DNA from: an uncultured Alphaproteobacteria bacterium
Lineage (GTDB): Bacteria; Pseudomonadota; Alphaproteobacteria; UBA3830; CAYLKK01
Length of the DNA: 24,491 nt
Assembly: GCA_964384495.1 (NCBI GenBank)
Contig: CAYLKK010000001.1
Span: 1-24,491 of the forward strand
Reading direction: 5' to 3'
Below are positions 1 to 10,577 of the stretch, piece by piece; position 1 is the first letter of the stretch, and each line of letters starts with the position of its first letter. Below the pieces are notes generated by a model. It was not told where the DNA came from and ran no database searches. It saw only the letters and a list, made by a program, of their open reading frames with translations. Both the position numbers and the translations under genes were made by a program.

Positions 1-63
1 AAAGATATTTCGTCAAAGATTATAGATGCAGCAAAAAAACTTGGATGTGAGTTAAGGCAGTAA
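1..63 (+). CDS. pheT: 3' end of an upstream gene, probably phenylalanine--tRNA ligase beta subunit (partial)
   Basis: Frame 1 reads KDISSKIIDAAKKLGCELRQ-TAA. This resembles the PheT C-terminal anticodon-binding domain ending (..S.KII.A..K.G..LR.). Only 20 codons are visible. Confidence 0.5.
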   Translation, partial: KDISSKIIDAAKKLGCELRQ

Positions 64-69
64 TAGTAG

Positions 70-1119
70 ATGGAAGAGCGAATAAAAAATATAAACTTAT
101 TTTGGTTTTTTGCATTTGTAGTTGTTTGTCTGTCATTTTATATATGCAGAGCAATTATATTTCCATTTTTAACAGGTGCATGCCTTGCTTATATTTTTGC
201 CCCCCTATCAGAGAAGATATCAAAAAAACTAAATAGAACAATATCAAGTATTTTTTGCACACTCATATTAATCAGCACACTTACATCTATTTTCGGGACT
301 TTTATTCCATTTGCAAAAAAAGAAATAGCTCTATTTCTCGATAGTACACCTGAATACATAAAACATTTCACTGACATTACAACCAAATATATAAATATAC
401 TAAACCGGCATGGGATCGACATAAACTTTACTAAAGACGAAGCGTATAAATACTTCGCTAGCAATATAAATTTTATTGCAACTTATGCAATAAAAATTCT
501 TACTCATGGAGATATAATAACCAATTTTTTCAGCGCACTTATTATAATTCCACTAACAATGTTTTATATGCTCAGGGACTGGCATATATTAAACAATAAA
601 TTACTTGCATGGATTCCTATAAGACATAGGAATGACGTTAAAACATTACAAAACAACATTCGTAATTGTTTATTTAAATTCATGAATGGTCAAATAGTTG
701 TTTCAATTCTACTTGCGAGTTATTACACACCTTGCTTAATGTGTATAGGGATCGAACACTACATTTTCTGGGGATTACTATCTGGATTTGCATCATTTAT
801 TCCATTTATTGGCGCAATTTTCTGCTTAATATCTGTCAGTTTCGTCGGTATATTAGCAAACTTTTCTGCCATCAAACTAGCAATATGTTTATGCGTATAT
901 TTATTAGGACAATTCTGTGAAGGATACATATTATCACCAAAATTTGTCGGCAAAGAAGTCAACGTACACCCACTTTTTCTTTTATTTGCATTTTTTCTCG
1001 GCATAAACCTTTCTGGAATCATTGGCGTCATGATATGCATTCCATGTGCAGCGATTTTTGCTGAAATATCAAGGTTTACACTACACAACTTACAAAAAAG
1101 TGCATTTTTTAAAAGATGA
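70..1119 (+). CDS. AI-2E family (PerM-like) transporter
   Basis: 349-aa polytopic membrane protein with PFLTGACLAYIFAP, FYMLRDW, FIPFIGA and EGYILSPKFVG..V.VHP motifs. It lies next to hda, as is common in proteobacteria. Confidence 0.9.
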   Translation: MEERIKNINLFWFFAFVVVCLSFYICRAIIFPFLTGACLAYIFAPLSEKISKKLNRTISSIFCTLILISTLTSIFGTFIPFAKKEIALFLDSTPEYIKHFTDITTKYINILNRHGIDINFTKDEAYKYFASNINFIATYAIKILTHGDIITNFFSALIIIPLTMFYMLRDWHILNNKLLAWIPIRHRNDVKTLQNNIRNCLFKFMNGQIVVSILLASYYTPCLMCIGIEHYIFWGLLSGFASFIPFIGAIFCLISVSFVGILANFSAIKLAICLCVYLLGQFCEGYILSPKFVGKEVNVHPLFLLFAFFLGINLSGIIGVMICIPCAAIFAEISRFTLHNLQKSAFFKR

Positions 1120-1127
1120 GAATATAG

Positions 1128-1811
1128 ATGGAAGAAAGCCAAATTCTTTTTGATTTCCCAACCAACATTAATTTTTCGATAAAAGACTTTATCCAAGACG
1201 ATAACAATATCCATGCATTAAAATGGCTATTACAGTGGCCGAATTGGCCAAACAACAGAAATGTTATATTTGGACAAGAAACATGTGGAAAAACTCACTT
1301 AGCAAAACTGTGGATCAACTCTGTCAATGGGAATATAATAAATAAAGAATCAACACAAATACAACCAAGGAATTTAATAGAAAAATATGATAATTTTGCA
1401 TTAGATGACATTCATATTTTTTTGTCAAACGACTATCAAAATACACAAGCAAAATGGTTGTTTGATTTTTTAAATATACTTAATGAAAGCAATAATAAGT
1501 ATTTATTGATAACAACAAATACAATTCTATACGAAAACATAACTAATCTAAAGGATCTAGCATCCAGATTAGCAAGTATAAATGTAATAAAAATGAATCC
1601 TCCTTGTGAAGATACGTTAAAAAAGATATTGTATAAGCTAGCTAATGACCTAAATTTATCAATAAAAGACGATGTAATTGACTACATTCTTAAATACAGT
1701 TCGCGTGATATCAAACACATCGAAAAACTTATAAAAAATTTAGATCAAACATCTATTATTGAACAAAGAAATATCACTATTCCTTTAGTAAAAAAAATGG
1801 CCCTAAAATAA
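1128..1811 (+). CDS. hdaA: DnaA regulatory inactivator Hda/HdaA (AAA+)
   Basis: N-terminal clamp-binding-like motif QILFDF, WPNW, Walker A GQETCGKTHL, Walker B-like FALDDI, arginine-finger DLASRL, C-terminal ITIPLVK. Confidence 0.88.
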   Translation: MEESQILFDFPTNINFSIKDFIQDDNNIHALKWLLQWPNWPNNRNVIFGQETCGKTHLAKLWINSVNGNIINKESTQIQPRNLIEKYDNFALDDIHIFLSNDYQNTQAKWLFDFLNILNESNNKYLLITTNTILYENITNLKDLASRLASINVIKMNPPCEDTLKKILYKLANDLNLSIKDDVIDYILKYSSRDIKHIEKLIKNLDQTSIIEQRNITIPLVKKMALK

Positions 1812-1822
1812 GGGCCATTTTT
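1790..1822. terminator. Bidirectional intrinsic terminator between convergent hdaA and rplQ
   Basis: Perfect 12-bp inverted repeat AAAAATGGCCCT (1793-1804), loop AAAATA, AGGGCCATTTTT (1811-1822). Gives a U8 tail on the minus strand and U5 on the plus strand, and overlaps the hdaA stop codon. Confidence 0.85.
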
Positions 1823-1839
1823 AAGAGATAAAAGTCGTT

Positions 1840-2226
1840 TTACGCACTAACATTATTTGTAGAAACTACATTTTTATCCACAAACATAATACTAGCCATA
1901 GGAGCGCAATCTCCTTCACGAAAACCGCATTTTACAATCCTAGTATAACCACCATTTCTATCTGCAAATTTTGGAGACAAAGTATTGATCACTTTATTCA
2001 CCAATACATCTTCGCGCAAAATCGAAAACAAATAACGCTTAATATGAATCGAATTCACTCGTCCTTTTGTTATAATTTTTTCTACCAAAGGTCTCAAATC
2101 CTTCGCTTTTGGTAAAGTTGTCATGATCTGCTCTTCTTTAATCAAAGCTTTTATCAATCCAACTAACAACGCCTTTCTAGACCCTTTATTACGGCCAAAT
2201 TTACGACCAGATATTCTATGACGCAT
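1840..2226 (-). CDS. rplQ: 50S ribosomal protein L17
   Basis: MRHR..GRK, TTLPKAK.LRP.VEK.IT, RNGGYTRIVK.G.R.GD.APM; follows rpoA. Confidence 0.97.
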   Translation of the reverse strand: MRHRISGRKFGRNKGSRKALLVGLIKALIKEEQIMTTLPKAKDLRPLVEKIITKGRVNSIHIKRYLFSILREDVLVNKVINTLSPKFADRNGGYTRIVKCGFREGDCAPMASIMFVDKNVVSTNNVSA

Positions 2227-2240
2227 TTTCCACCTATAAA

Positions 2241-3263
2241 TTAACTTTTTTCACAAAACTTCGACACTTCTTCTATATTATCTGGCGGCCAATCTGGAAC
2301 ATCCATACCGAAAGACAAATTGTAAGCCATCAATAGATTTTTTATCTCATTCAAAGATTTTCTACCAAAATTTGGTGTTTTCAACATTTCTTGCTCTGTC
2401 TTTTTCACCAAATCACCCAAATACAGTATATTTTCTCCCTTTAAGCAGTTCATAGAACGCACTGAAAGCTCTAAATCATCAACTTTCTTCAATAAAGCTA
2501 CAGGATAAGGAAGCTCGATTTCACGAACAGGAGGAGCAACAACCTCTTCTGGTTCTCCACCCTCAAAATCAATAAACTTACTGAACTGTGTCTGCAATAT
2601 TTTTGCAGCGTAAGCAACAGCATCAATAGGAGCTATAGAACCATTGGTCTCAACAGATAAAATCAGCTTATCGTAATCTGTATCTTGACCGACACGTGTA
2701 TCTTCCACTGAGAACGAAACATTCAACACAGGAGAAAACAATGAATCTACAAAAATTGTATCATGAGGACACTCTTCCTTTTGATTACGAGATGCTGGAA
2801 CAAAGCCTCGACCATAATCAACAGTCATCTCCATTTCAAAATTCTGATTTCCTGTAACAGTACAAATATAATAATCTGGATCAACGACAGATAGCCCAGA
2901 ACCCAATTCAAACATACCAGCTGTCACGCGACAAGGTCCAGAAACAGACAATTTCATCTTACGAGAAGAATCACCATCCATTTTAAGGACAAGCCCTTTT
3001 ACATTAAGGACTATATCTGTAACATCCTCCAAAACACCATCGATAGAAGTAAATTCATGACAAACACCACCGATCCTTATCGAAGTAACAGCAGCCCCCA
3101 TCAATGATGACAACAACACTCTACGCAAAGCATTACCGATAGTGATACCAAATCCACGCTCGAGAGGAGAAACTTCCATTTTAAGAAATCTAGAAGAATT
3201 CTCAGAATTATCAGTATCAAAACGATAAGGCTTAATCAAACTTGTCCAATGTCTATCAAACAT
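2241..3263 (-). CDS. rpoA: DNA-directed RNA polymerase subunit alpha
   Basis: [57 protein letters not shown]. Start moved to ATG 3263, which has an AGGTGG SD upstream. Confidence 0.98.
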   Translation of the reverse strand: MFDRHWTSLIKPYRFDTDNSENSSRFLKMEVSPLERGFGITIGNALRRVLLSSLMGAAVTSIRIGGVCHEFTSIDGVLEDVTDIVLNVKGLVLKMDGDSSRKMKLSVSGPCRVTAGMFELGSGLSVVDPDYYICTVTGNQNFEMEMTVDYGRGFVPASRNQKEECPHDTIFVDSLFSPVLNVSFSVEDTRVGQDTDYDKLILSVETNGSIAPIDAVAYAAKILQTQFSKFIDFEGGEPEEVVAPPVREIELPYPVALLKKVDDLELSVRSMNCLKGENILYLGDLVKKTEQEMLKTPNFGRKSLNEIKNLLMAYNLSFGMDVPDWPPDNIEEVSKFCEKS

Positions 3264-3287
3264 TAAAACCACCTACAAATATAGACT

Positions 3288-3680
3288 CTACACGCGACGA
3301 CGCTTTGGAGGTCGGCATCCATTATGAGGGACAGGCGTTACATCACGAATAGATGTAATAACAATCCCCAACCCCTGAAAAGCGCGCAAAGCAGATTCTC
3401 TACCAGCACCTGGACCACAAATTTCTACTTCCATAGTCTTAACTCCATATTCAAGAGCCTTATGAGCCGCCTTATCTGCAGCTATCTGAGATGCATAAGG
3501 GGTTGATTTCCGAGACCCCTTAAAACCTAAATTCCCAGCAGAAGCCCAAGCCAATGTATTTCCAACCTGGTCAGTAATAGTAACCATTGTGTTATTAAAT
3601 GTAGCATTAATATGAGCTACCGCAGAAACAACATTTTTTTTATCTTTTTTTCTCGCTCTTTGAGAACTTTTATATGCCAT
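3288..3680 (-). CDS. rpsK: 30S ribosomal protein S11
   Basis: [40 protein letters not shown]. Confidence 0.98.
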   Translation of the reverse strand: MAYKSSQRARKKDKKNVVSAVAHINATFNNTMVTITDQVGNTLAWASAGNLGFKGSRKSTPYASQIAADKAAHKALEYGVKTMEVEICGPGAGRESALRAFQGLGIVITSIRDVTPVPHNGCRPPKRRRV

Positions 3681-3691
3681 CGATTCCCCCC

Positions 3692-4069
3692 TTATTTAGT
3701 AACCTTTTTCTTACCTGCAATAGCAACAGCCTTACCCTTCCTAGTTCTAGCATTTGTATGCGTCCTTTGACCGTGGACAGGTAAACGTTTACGATGACGC
3801 AGACCTTTATAACATCCCAAATCCAAGAGTCTCTTAATATTCATAGAGACTACACGACGAAGATCACCTTCTACCTGATATTCTTTGTCGATGTATTCAC
3901 GAATTTGCAAAACATCGTCATCAGACAATTCATAAACTCTTTTTTCTTCAGGAATTTTTAAAGCTGCACAAATAGCTTTAGATCTTGCAGAACCTATTCC
4001 ATATATATACCTTAAAGCAAACTCAACACGCTTTTTCTCAGGTAAGTTTACACCAGCAATACGAGCCAC
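3692..4069 (-). CDS. rpsM: 30S ribosomal protein S13
   Basis: [40 protein letters not shown] start at 4069 with a GGAG SD. Confidence 0.97.
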   Translation of the reverse strand: MARIAGVNLPEKKRVEFALRYIYGIGSARSKAICAALKIPEEKRVYELSDDDVLQIREYIDKEYQVEGDLRRVVSMNIKRLLDLGCYKGLRHRKRLPVHGQRTHTNARTRKGKAVAIAGKKKVTK

Positions 4070-4084
4070 TCTTTTCTCCAATAA

Positions 4085-4747
4085 TTATTTCATAAACAAA
4101 TCATAACGTTGCAAAACTTCTTCTATATCAGAAAAAACAATCTCTGGAGACTGCTCTCCATCTATATGATAAACTTTTTCTCCATAAAAGTCCACGACCT
4201 TGCTACTTATATCATTATAAGCGACAATTCGATCAGCAACAATTTCAGGCTTATCATCATTTCTCTGAATAAATGACTTGCCCCCACAAACCAAACATTT
4301 TTCCTCTTCGTCATCCTTACGAACGAATGGAGCCCCACATTTTTCACAAATTCTACGCCTAGAAATTCGATCTACCAACAATTCTTGATCTATATTGAAC
4401 TGTATTACACATAAATCAAGATTTTCAATCTTAGAGCAAACAGAATCCAAGAATTCAGCTTGCCCAACTGATCTAGGATACCCATCTAAAATAATTAACC
4501 GATTTTCAGCAACGACAGAACTAAGATTTTTTCCAATAACTTCATTAACCAAATCATTAGAAACAAGCTGTCCACTACCCATAATATCAGCTATCTTCAA
4601 GCCAAGCTCAGATCCTGAATTAACCTCTGTACGTAACAAACTACCAGCAGAAACCATAGCAAAACCATACTTTTCAATAAGAAGAACAGCTTGGGTTCCC
4701 TTTCCACACCCAGGAGCGCCAATTAAAACAACAAGCAAACGACGCAC
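4085..4747 (-). CDS. adk: Adenylate kinase (zinc-type LID)
   Basis: P-loop GAPGCGKGTQA, ILDGYPRS..QA, LID CEKC-x13-CLVC, QRNDD; located after secY. Confidence 0.96.
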   Translation of the reverse strand: MRRLLVVLIGAPGCGKGTQAVLLIEKYGFAMVSAGSLLRTEVNSGSELGLKIADIMGSGQLVSNDLVNEVIGKNLSSVVAENRLIILDGYPRSVGQAEFLDSVCSKIENLDLCVIQFNIDQELLVDRISRRRICEKCGAPFVRKDDEEEKCLVCGGKSFIQRNDDKPEIVADRIVAYNDISSKVVDFYGEKVYHIDGEQSPEIVFSDIEEVLQRYDLFMK

Positions 4748-4748
4748 C

Positions 4749-6089
4749 CTAACACCTATTACAACGATTATTCATTTTCTTCAAAACGCCACCATACTGT
4801 TGAGCAAGGATGTGTGTATAGAACTGAGTTATGGTATCTATAGTCACACCTACAACGATTAGCAAACCAGTTCCACCTACAAAAAGCTCTACATTAAATT
4901 TATTCCTAATTAAGTCAGGGAACAAACAAACGGCAGCAAGATACACAGCACCGACTGACGTTAATCTAGTCAACACATAATCAAAATACTCAGATGTTGC
5001 TTTTCCAGGTCTAATTCCAGGAATGAATCCACCAGCTTTTTTCAAATTCTCCGCTGTTTCATCAGGATTGAAAACCACAGCAGTGTAGAAAAATGCAAAT
5101 ACAACCAACAAAAACACAAACACGCAGTTAAATGCCAACCCTCCACGAGTAAAAGATCTAAAAATATCAACCCACAACCCACTAGCATCGGCAGGTAAAA
5201 AATTTCCAGCAACCATAGGAATGGATAGCAACGAACTTGCAAAAATTGGAGGTATAACACCAGCAGAGTTAATTTTTAAAGGCAAATGAGAACCATCTGC
5301 ACTAGCCGCTCTTGGGCTACCAGCTTGCATTCTTTGTGGATAATGTATTGTTATTTTTCTTTGAGCACGTTCAACAAAAACTATAAGCCCAGTTACTAAG
5401 AACGTAAACAAGAAAATACAAAACACCATAAACGGAGAAATCACGCCACCACGCCCCATCTCAAAAAGATTGAAAATCCTAGCAGGCATGTTTGCGACTA
5501 TTCCAGCGAAAATCAACAAAGAAGATCCATTTCCCAATCCACGAGCTGTCATCTGTTCGCCTAACCAAACCAAGAATAATGTTCCACCAACCAAAGTTGG
5601 AACAGCAATCAATGGAAAGATAGCGCCTACTTGAGAGACAACTGGAGATGGATGACTATTCATCAAAAATATACTTATACCATAAGCTTGCAAAGAACAA
5701 ATCAAAACAGTCAAATATCTAGTATATTGATTAATTTTATTCCTACCAGTCTCTCCTTCTTTTTTCAAGGCTTCCAGAGTAGGAGAAATCAATGTAAACA
5801 ACTGCATAATAATGCTAGCAGAAATGTAAGGCATAAGGTTGAGCGCAAAGATAGTCATACGACTCAAAGCGCCACCAGAAAACATGTTAAACATGCCGAC
5901 CAAACCACCACTAGCATATCTATGGGCTAAATCATTTATAACTGCCGGATCTAAACCAGGTATCGGGATATAAGTCCCGATACGGTATATGAATAGAGCA
6001 ACAAGCGTAAAAACAATTCTCTTCTTTAAATCATCAGCCTTAGAAAAAGACTCAGAGCTAAATCCACGAGAAAAAATACTTTCAGCCAT
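4749..6089 (-). CDS. secY: Preprotein translocase subunit SecY
   Basis: YRIGTYIPIPG, MPYISASIIMQL, WLGEQMT.RG.GNG.SL.IFAGI, PLKIN.AGVIPPIFASS, FIPGIRPG. Confidence 0.98.
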   Translation of the reverse strand: MAESIFSRGFSSESFSKADDLKKRIVFTLVALFIYRIGTYIPIPGLDPAVINDLAHRYASGGLVGMFNMFSGGALSRMTIFALNLMPYISASIIMQLFTLISPTLEALKKEGETGRNKINQYTRYLTVLICSLQAYGISIFLMNSHPSPVVSQVGAIFPLIAVPTLVGGTLFLVWLGEQMTARGLGNGSSLLIFAGIVANMPARIFNLFEMGRGGVISPFMVFCIFLFTFLVTGLIVFVERAQRKITIHYPQRMQAGSPRAASADGSHLPLKINSAGVIPPIFASSLLSIPMVAGNFLPADASGLWVDIFRSFTRGGLAFNCVFVFLLVVFAFFYTAVVFNPDETAENLKKAGGFIPGIRPGKATSEYFDYVLTRLTSVGAVYLAAVCLFPDLIRNKFNVELFVGGTGLLIVVGVTIDTITQFYTHILAQQYGGVLKKMNNRCNRC

Positions 6090-6095
6090 AATAAC

Positions 6096-6563
6096 CTAAA
6101 CAATCTTAACCGACCCACCACAATCAGCAATACCTTTTTTCGCTGACTCAGTAGCGTAATTAACAACCATATTTAAAGCAACAGACAAAGTCCCTTTACC
6201 CAACAGCTTTACAGTTTTTGCCTTAGAACGAACAACATTATTAGCCTTGAGACTATCAAGATCAATCACATCATTAGCTTTGTAGACACCCAAATTGCAC
6301 AAAATTTCCAATGTCTCTAAATTAACACATGCAATTAAATCCTTGTCAGCTCTAGATTTAAAACCACGCTTAGGTAATCTTCGATACAAAGGCATCTGAC
6401 CACCTTCGAACCAAGATGGAGCGCCACGTCCAGAACGAGCCTTCCCACCTTTGTGACCGTAAGAAGATGTTTTACCACAACCTGACCCAATACCTCTACC
6501 AAGACTTTTTTTATCAATTCCATGTCTAGGGCGAAGCATATTTAATTTAATAGTACTACTCAT
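6096..6563 (-). CDS. rplO: 50S ribosomal protein L15
   Basis: GRGIGSG.GKT, FEGGQMPLYRRLPKRGF; position before secY. Confidence 0.97.
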   Translation of the reverse strand: MSSTIKLNMLRPRHGIDKKSLGRGIGSGCGKTSSYGHKGGKARSGRGAPSWFEGGQMPLYRRLPKRGFKSRADKDLIACVNLETLEILCNLGVYKANDVIDLDSLKANNVVRSKAKTVKLLGKGTLSVALNMVVNYATESAKKGIADCGGSVKIV

Positions 6564-6761
6564 TTAACATCCCCCTTCAACACGAACTAAATGCATAACA
6601 CGACGTATCATACCCTTAGTACAATCATTATTAGCAAGAACAGAGCTCTGCCCAATTCTTCCGAGTCCTAAACCTTTTAAAGTAGCTAACTGTACCTTTT
6701 TAGTACAACCTGAACTACTACGAATCTGGACTACTTTAATTTTATCACACTTATTCGACAT
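6564..6761 (-). CDS. rpmD: 50S ribosomal protein L30
   Basis: IKV.QIRS, Q.ATLKGLGL.RI, GMIRRV.HLV; between rpsE and rplO. Confidence 0.94.
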   Translation of the reverse strand: MSNKCDKIKVVQIRSSSGCTKKVQLATLKGLGLGRIGQSSVLANNDCTKGMIRRVMHLVRVEGGC

Positions 6762-6777
6762 AATTTTTCACCCAATC

Positions 6778-7305
6778 TTACTTGTTGGAAGAGCGACGAG
6801 AAATAAGCTCAACGACTTTTTTACCTCTTTTTGCTGCTATATTTCTAGGAGCAGAAGTTTTCAGCAATGCGTCGAAAGTTGCTCTCACTATATTGTGAGG
6901 ATTCGCAGATCCAATACATTTACTAACAACATCTTGCATTCCAAGAGATTCAAATACAGCACGCATAGCGCCACCAGCAATTATACCTGTACCAGCAGGA
7001 GCACTTCTCAATACGACAGAACCAGCACCAAAATGCCCATTTACATCGTGATGCAAAGTACGTCCCTCCCTCATAGGAATACGGACCATATTCTTTTTAG
7101 CTTTCTCAGCAGCTTTTTTTACCGCGTCCGAAACTTCTTTTGCTTTACCAGTACCGTACCCTACACGACCTTTTCCATCACCTGCGACAACCATCGCAGA
7201 GAAAGAAAAACGCTTTCCACCTTTTACGACCTTAGCAACGCGGTTAATCGCGACCAATTTCTCTACATAAGAAACTTCTTCGCGACGATCTTCTTGATGA
7301 CTCAT
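6778..7305 (-). CDS. rpsE: 30S ribosomal protein S5
   Basis: [31 protein letters not shown]. Confidence 0.98.
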   Translation of the reverse strand: MSHQEDRREEVSYVEKLVAINRVAKVVKGGKRFSFSAMVVAGDGKGRVGYGTGKAKEVSDAVKKAAEKAKKNMVRIPMREGRTLHHDVNGHFGAGSVVLRSAPAGTGIIAGGAMRAVFESLGMQDVVSKCIGSANPHNIVRATFDALLKTSAPRNIAAKRGKKVVELISRRSSNK

Positions 7306-7317
7306 ATAAAAATCCTC

Positions 7318-7674
7318 TTAAAAATTCAAACCATTAGATCGTGCTGCATCAGCCAATGCTTTAACTCGACCATGATATTTATAACCACCTCTATCAAATA
7401 CAACAGAAGTTATCCCTAGGGCCTTAGCCTTCTCTGCAACCAATTTACCAATCTTCTCAGCAGCAGATACATCACCACCCTTTTCTAAACGAGAATTCTT
7501 CTCAAGAGAGGAAGCTGAACATAGAGTTATTCCTTTTGAATCATCTATTATCTGAGCGTATATGTGTCTCTCAGAACGAAACACAGATAATCTAAATTTT
7601 CCCCCAGATTTTTTACGCAAAGCAAAACGAACTCGCCTGGCTCTACGCATGAAATTTTTACTAAATCTAGACAT
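7318..7674 (-). CDS. rplR: 50S ribosomal protein L18
   Basis: [41 protein letters not shown]. Confidence 0.98.
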   Translation of the reverse strand: MSRFSKNFMRRARRVRFALRKKSGGKFRLSVFRSERHIYAQIIDDSKGITLCSASSLEKNSRLEKGGDVSAAEKIGKLVAEKAKALGITSVVFDRGGYKYHGRVKALADAARSNGLNF

Positions 7675-8210
7675 TATTTTTTCTTCCCTTCTTTACGGTA
7701 TACAAACTGACCTTGAATAATAACGCCTTTTCCTTTATAAGGCTCAGGTTTCCTGAAATTTTGAATTTCCTTCATAACCTGACCAACTCGCTGTTTACTT
7801 GCGCCTTGCACAACCACAGTAGTAGGCTTTTCACAGGAAATTTTTATATCATCAGGAATATGATATTCAATCTGATGACTATACCCCAAAGTTAACACCA
7901 AAACATTTCCTTTCACTTCAGCCTTGTAACCAACACCGATTAAATCAGCCTTTTGCTCAAAATGTTTCACCAAACCAGAAATCGCATTAGCGACAGACGC
8001 CCTACACGTCCCCCACATAGCCCTAGCTTCTCTATCATTCTTATCGTCGATAGAAAAAGTTATTTCATTGTTCTCAAATTTTACATTCACGCATGTAGGA
8101 ACTGAATACGTGAAACTCCCCAAAGGCGAATTTCCAGAGATGACTCTATTTTCTAGAGCCACCTTAACACTCGCCGGAACTGGAATAGAATGCTTACCAA
8201 CTCTCGACAT
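7674..8210 (-). CDS. rplF: 50S ribosomal protein L6
   Basis: [32 protein letters not shown]. Confidence 0.97.
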   Translation of the reverse strand: MSRVGKHSIPVPASVKVALENRVISGNSPLGSFTYSVPTCVNVKFENNEITFSIDDKNDREARAMWGTCRASVANAISGLVKHFEQKADLIGVGYKAEVKGNVLVLTLGYSHQIEYHIPDDIKISCEKPTTVVVQGASKQRVGQVMKEIQNFRKPEPYKGKGVIIQGQFVYRKEGKKK

Positions 8211-8599
8211 TAGAACACCTTACATAAAATTTCGCCACCAACATTTTGTTCACGAGCTTCCGCATCAGAAAGAATCCCTTTCGACGTAGAAAGAACAAAA
8301 ATGCCGAAACCATTATAAAATCTAGGGACATTCCTAATTTTAGAATAGACTCTACAACTAGATTTTGAAACACGAGAAAGAACCTGAATAACAGGCTTTC
8401 CATCATAATACTTCAATTGAACTTGCAAGTAATTATGTCCATCTTTCTCAAACTTATCAAAACCAAGAATATACCCCTCCCTCTCTAAAACTTGCAAAAT
8501 ACCAACTTTCGCATTTGAAGCAGGAACATCCACGGTTTGATAACCACGCATACACGCATTTTTTATGCGTGCTAACATATCTGCAATAGGATCAGTCAT
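8210..8599 (-). CDS. rpsH: 30S ribosomal protein S8
   Basis: TDPIADMLARIKNA, EGYI, STSKGI, GGEILC.V. Confidence 0.97.
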   Translation of the reverse strand: MTDPIADMLARIKNACMRGYQTVDVPASNAKVGILQVLEREGYILGFDKFEKDGHNYLQVQLKYYDGKPVIQVLSRVSKSSCRVYSKIRNVPRFYNGFGIFVLSTSKGILSDAEAREQNVGGEILCKVF

Positions 8600-8608
8600 A
8601 TAATTTCC

Positions 8609-8914
8609 CTACCAACTTGACTTACGTACACCAGGAATCAACCCGAATGACACCAAATCTCGCAATTTTATACGAGATATACCAAACTTTCTATAAGTAC
8701 CACGAGCACGACCAGTAATAGAACAACGATTTCTAATTCTTGTCGCAGAGGAATTTCTTGGCATTGCTGATAACTTCAACTGAGCCTCAAACCTCTTAAT
8801 AGGATCTTCAGACCTATTGCTCACAATAGCTTTTAACGCAGAACGTTTTTCCTTCTTACGATCAACTATCGCACGTACACGCTTTAAATTTTCTAAAGTA
8901 CTTTTACGAGCCAT
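8609..8914 (-). CDS. rpsN: 30S ribosomal protein S14 (long, non-zinc type)
   Basis: PRNSS.TR.RNRC.ITGR.RG.YRKFG.SR..LR, IPGVRKSSW. Start ATG 8914 with a GAGG SD. Confidence 0.97.
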   Translation of the reverse strand: MARKSTLENLKRVRAIVDRKKEKRSALKAIVSNRSEDPIKRFEAQLKLSAMPRNSSATRIRNRCSITGRARGTYRKFGISRIKLRDLVSFGLIPGVRKSSW

Positions 8915-8921
8915 TTTTACC

Positions 8922-9461
8922 TCACGATGCAAAAGGGAAATTCAAAGCTTTCAATAAGGCAAAACACTTTTCATCAGTGTCTGCAGTTGTCACGATAGTG
9001 ACATCAAGACCACGAATTTCCTCAACATTTTTTACAGCGACTTCTGGAAAAACGATTTGCTCACGAATTCCAAAAGAATAATTTCCACGCCCATCAAAAG
9101 ACTTTCTCGACAAGCCACGGAAGTCTCTCACACGAGGTAAAGCTATATTAATCAAACGCTCATAAAACTCATACATACGATCACCACGCAAAGTGACCAT
9201 AGCACCTATTTTATGTCCTTCTCTCAATTTAAAACCAGCTATTGACTTACGAGCAGTAGTAACAACAGCTTTTTGCCCAGCTATAAGAGTCAACTCTTCA
9301 GCAGCGTTTTTCACGTTCTTGCTATCAATAATCCCCTTACCAACACCCATATTTAAAACGATCTTTTTCAAAGCTGGGACAAGAAAATCATTATCTACGT
9401 TTAACTCTTTTTTCAATTGCGGAACAATAACCTCGTTATAGATTTTTCGTAAATGAGTCAT
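8922..9461 (-). CDS. rplE: 50S ribosomal protein L5
   Basis: [41 protein letters not shown]. Confidence 0.98.
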   Translation of the reverse strand: MTHLRKIYNEVIVPQLKKELNVDNDFLVPALKKIVLNMGVGKGIIDSKNVKNAAEELTLIAGQKAVVTTARKSIAGFKLREGHKIGAMVTLRGDRMYEFYERLINIALPRVRDFRGLSRKSFDGRGNYSFGIREQIVFPEVAVKNVEEIRGLDVTIVTTADTDEKCFALLKALNFPFAS

Positions 9462-9468
9462 ATATCAC

Positions 9469-9783
9469 CTAATCTATAATCGCACCAGTACGCTTAGAAA
9501 AACGTACTTTCTTACCATCCACAAACTTTACACCGACCTTTGTTGGTGCGTTTGTCGTAGGATCCAACAACATAACATTTGAAGCATGAATAGGCTTTTC
9601 AAACCTTACAATTCCACCAGCATCGCTAGCAGAAGGTTTTTTATGTCTCACACACAAATTCACGCCTTCAACAACAACCTTGCGCTCATCGCGTAAGACC
9701 TTTGTAATTTTACCAGTTACACCCTTATCTTTACCGGTCATAACCATAACTGTATCGCCACTTTTAAGACGCCAACGTTCCAT
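9469..9783 (-). CDS. rplX: 50S ribosomal protein L24
   Basis: GDTV.V.TGKDKG, VVVEGVN, E.PIH.SNV. Confidence 0.97.
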   Translation of the reverse strand: MERWRLKSGDTVMVMTGKDKGVTGKITKVLRDERKVVVEGVNLCVRHKKPSASDAGGIVRFEKPIHASNVMLLDPTTNAPTKVGVKFVDGKKVRFSKRTGAIID

Positions 9784-9785
9784 AA

Positions 9786-10154
9786 TTATACCACCTCCGG
9801 AGCTAATGAAACAATTTTCATCATATTAGCTTGACGTAACTCACGAGCAACAGGCCCGAATATACGGGTTCCTATTGGCTCACCTTGCTTATTTATAATA
9901 ACAACAGCATTTTCATCAAAACGAACAATACTACCATCATCACGATAAACAGGAGCAGCTGTCCTAACAACCACACCCTGCATAACATCACCTTTCTTCA
10001 CTTTCCCCTTTGGAATAGCATCCTTAATAGACACAACGATAATATCACCAACACCGGCATATCTTCGCTTTGCCCCACCAAGAACTTTAATGCACATAAC
10101 TTCACGCGCACCAGAATTATCAGCGACTTTCAGCCTAGACTGCATTTGAATCAT
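9786..10154 (-). CDS. rplN: 50S ribosomal protein L14
   Basis: [33 protein letters not shown]. Confidence 0.98.
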   Translation of the reverse strand: MIQMQSRLKVADNSGAREVMCIKVLGGAKRRYAGVGDIIVVSIKDAIPKGKVKKGDVMQGVVVRTAAPVYRDDGSIVRFDENAVVIINKQGEPIGTRIFGPVARELRQANMMKIVSLAPEVV

Positions 10155-10159
10155 AAAAC

Positions 10160-10405
10160 TTACTCCAATCCTGATTCTTCATAAAGTACTACCCATTTCT
10201 TTGTCTTAGAAATAGGAGCGCTTTCACAAATAAACACCTTATCACCAATCTCGCACAAATTTCTTTCATCATGTGCATGATACTTTTTCGCTACTCTAAC
10301 GAATTTCCTATACTTAGGATGACGAATCAAACGTACAACCTTCACAGTGACAGTCTTATCACAAGCGTTACTTGTAACGACACCCTCTAATATACGCTTA
10401 GGCAT
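10160..10405 (-). CDS. rpsQ: 30S ribosomal protein S17
   Basis: [34 protein letters not shown]. Start ATG 10405. Confidence 0.97.
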   Translation of the reverse strand: MPKRILEGVVTSNACDKTVTVKVVRLIRHPKYRKFVRVAKKYHAHDERNLCEIGDKVFICESAPISKTKKWVVLYEESGLE

Positions 10406-10406
10406 T

Positions 10407-10577
10407 CTACACCTTTCCCTTACTAGTTTTTTCCGCAATCACAGCTTCACGAACAGCAGCCTTAGCATTTTTTAATAAATGCCCACCAACATTCTCACCT
10501 AGAGCTACACGGAATCTCAACTTCATATATTCATATTTAGCATTCTCTACAGCAGAACGCTCAACTTTCTTACTCAT
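10407..10577 (-). CDS. rpmC: 50S ribosomal protein L29, short and divergent (56 aa; absent from the ORF track)
   Basis: Hand translation: [59 protein letters not shown]. The ATG overlaps the rplP stop (TAATG), the ORF fills the canonical rplP-rpsQ slot, and it keeps the K.E...LRF....G.....H.L core. Confidence 0.85.
   Translation of the reverse strand: MSKKVERSAVENAKYEYMKLRFRVALGENVGGHLLKNAKAAVREAVIAEKTSKGKV

Noticed and set aside
1874..1882. Perfect DnaA box TTATCCACA close to hdaA
   Set aside because: It lies inside rplQ coding sequence (FVDK codons) and is isolated, so it is explained by protein coding.
4070..4090. Absence of map, infA and rpmJ between adk and rpsM, and of rpsD in the alpha operon
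   Set aside because: This is the normal arrangement in Alphaproteobacteria; useful for taxonomy but not novel.
4270..4360. Zinc-type LID in Adk with a short CxxC-x13-CxxC spacing
   Set aside because: Zinc LIDs with variable spacing are common in adenylate kinases; minor variation.
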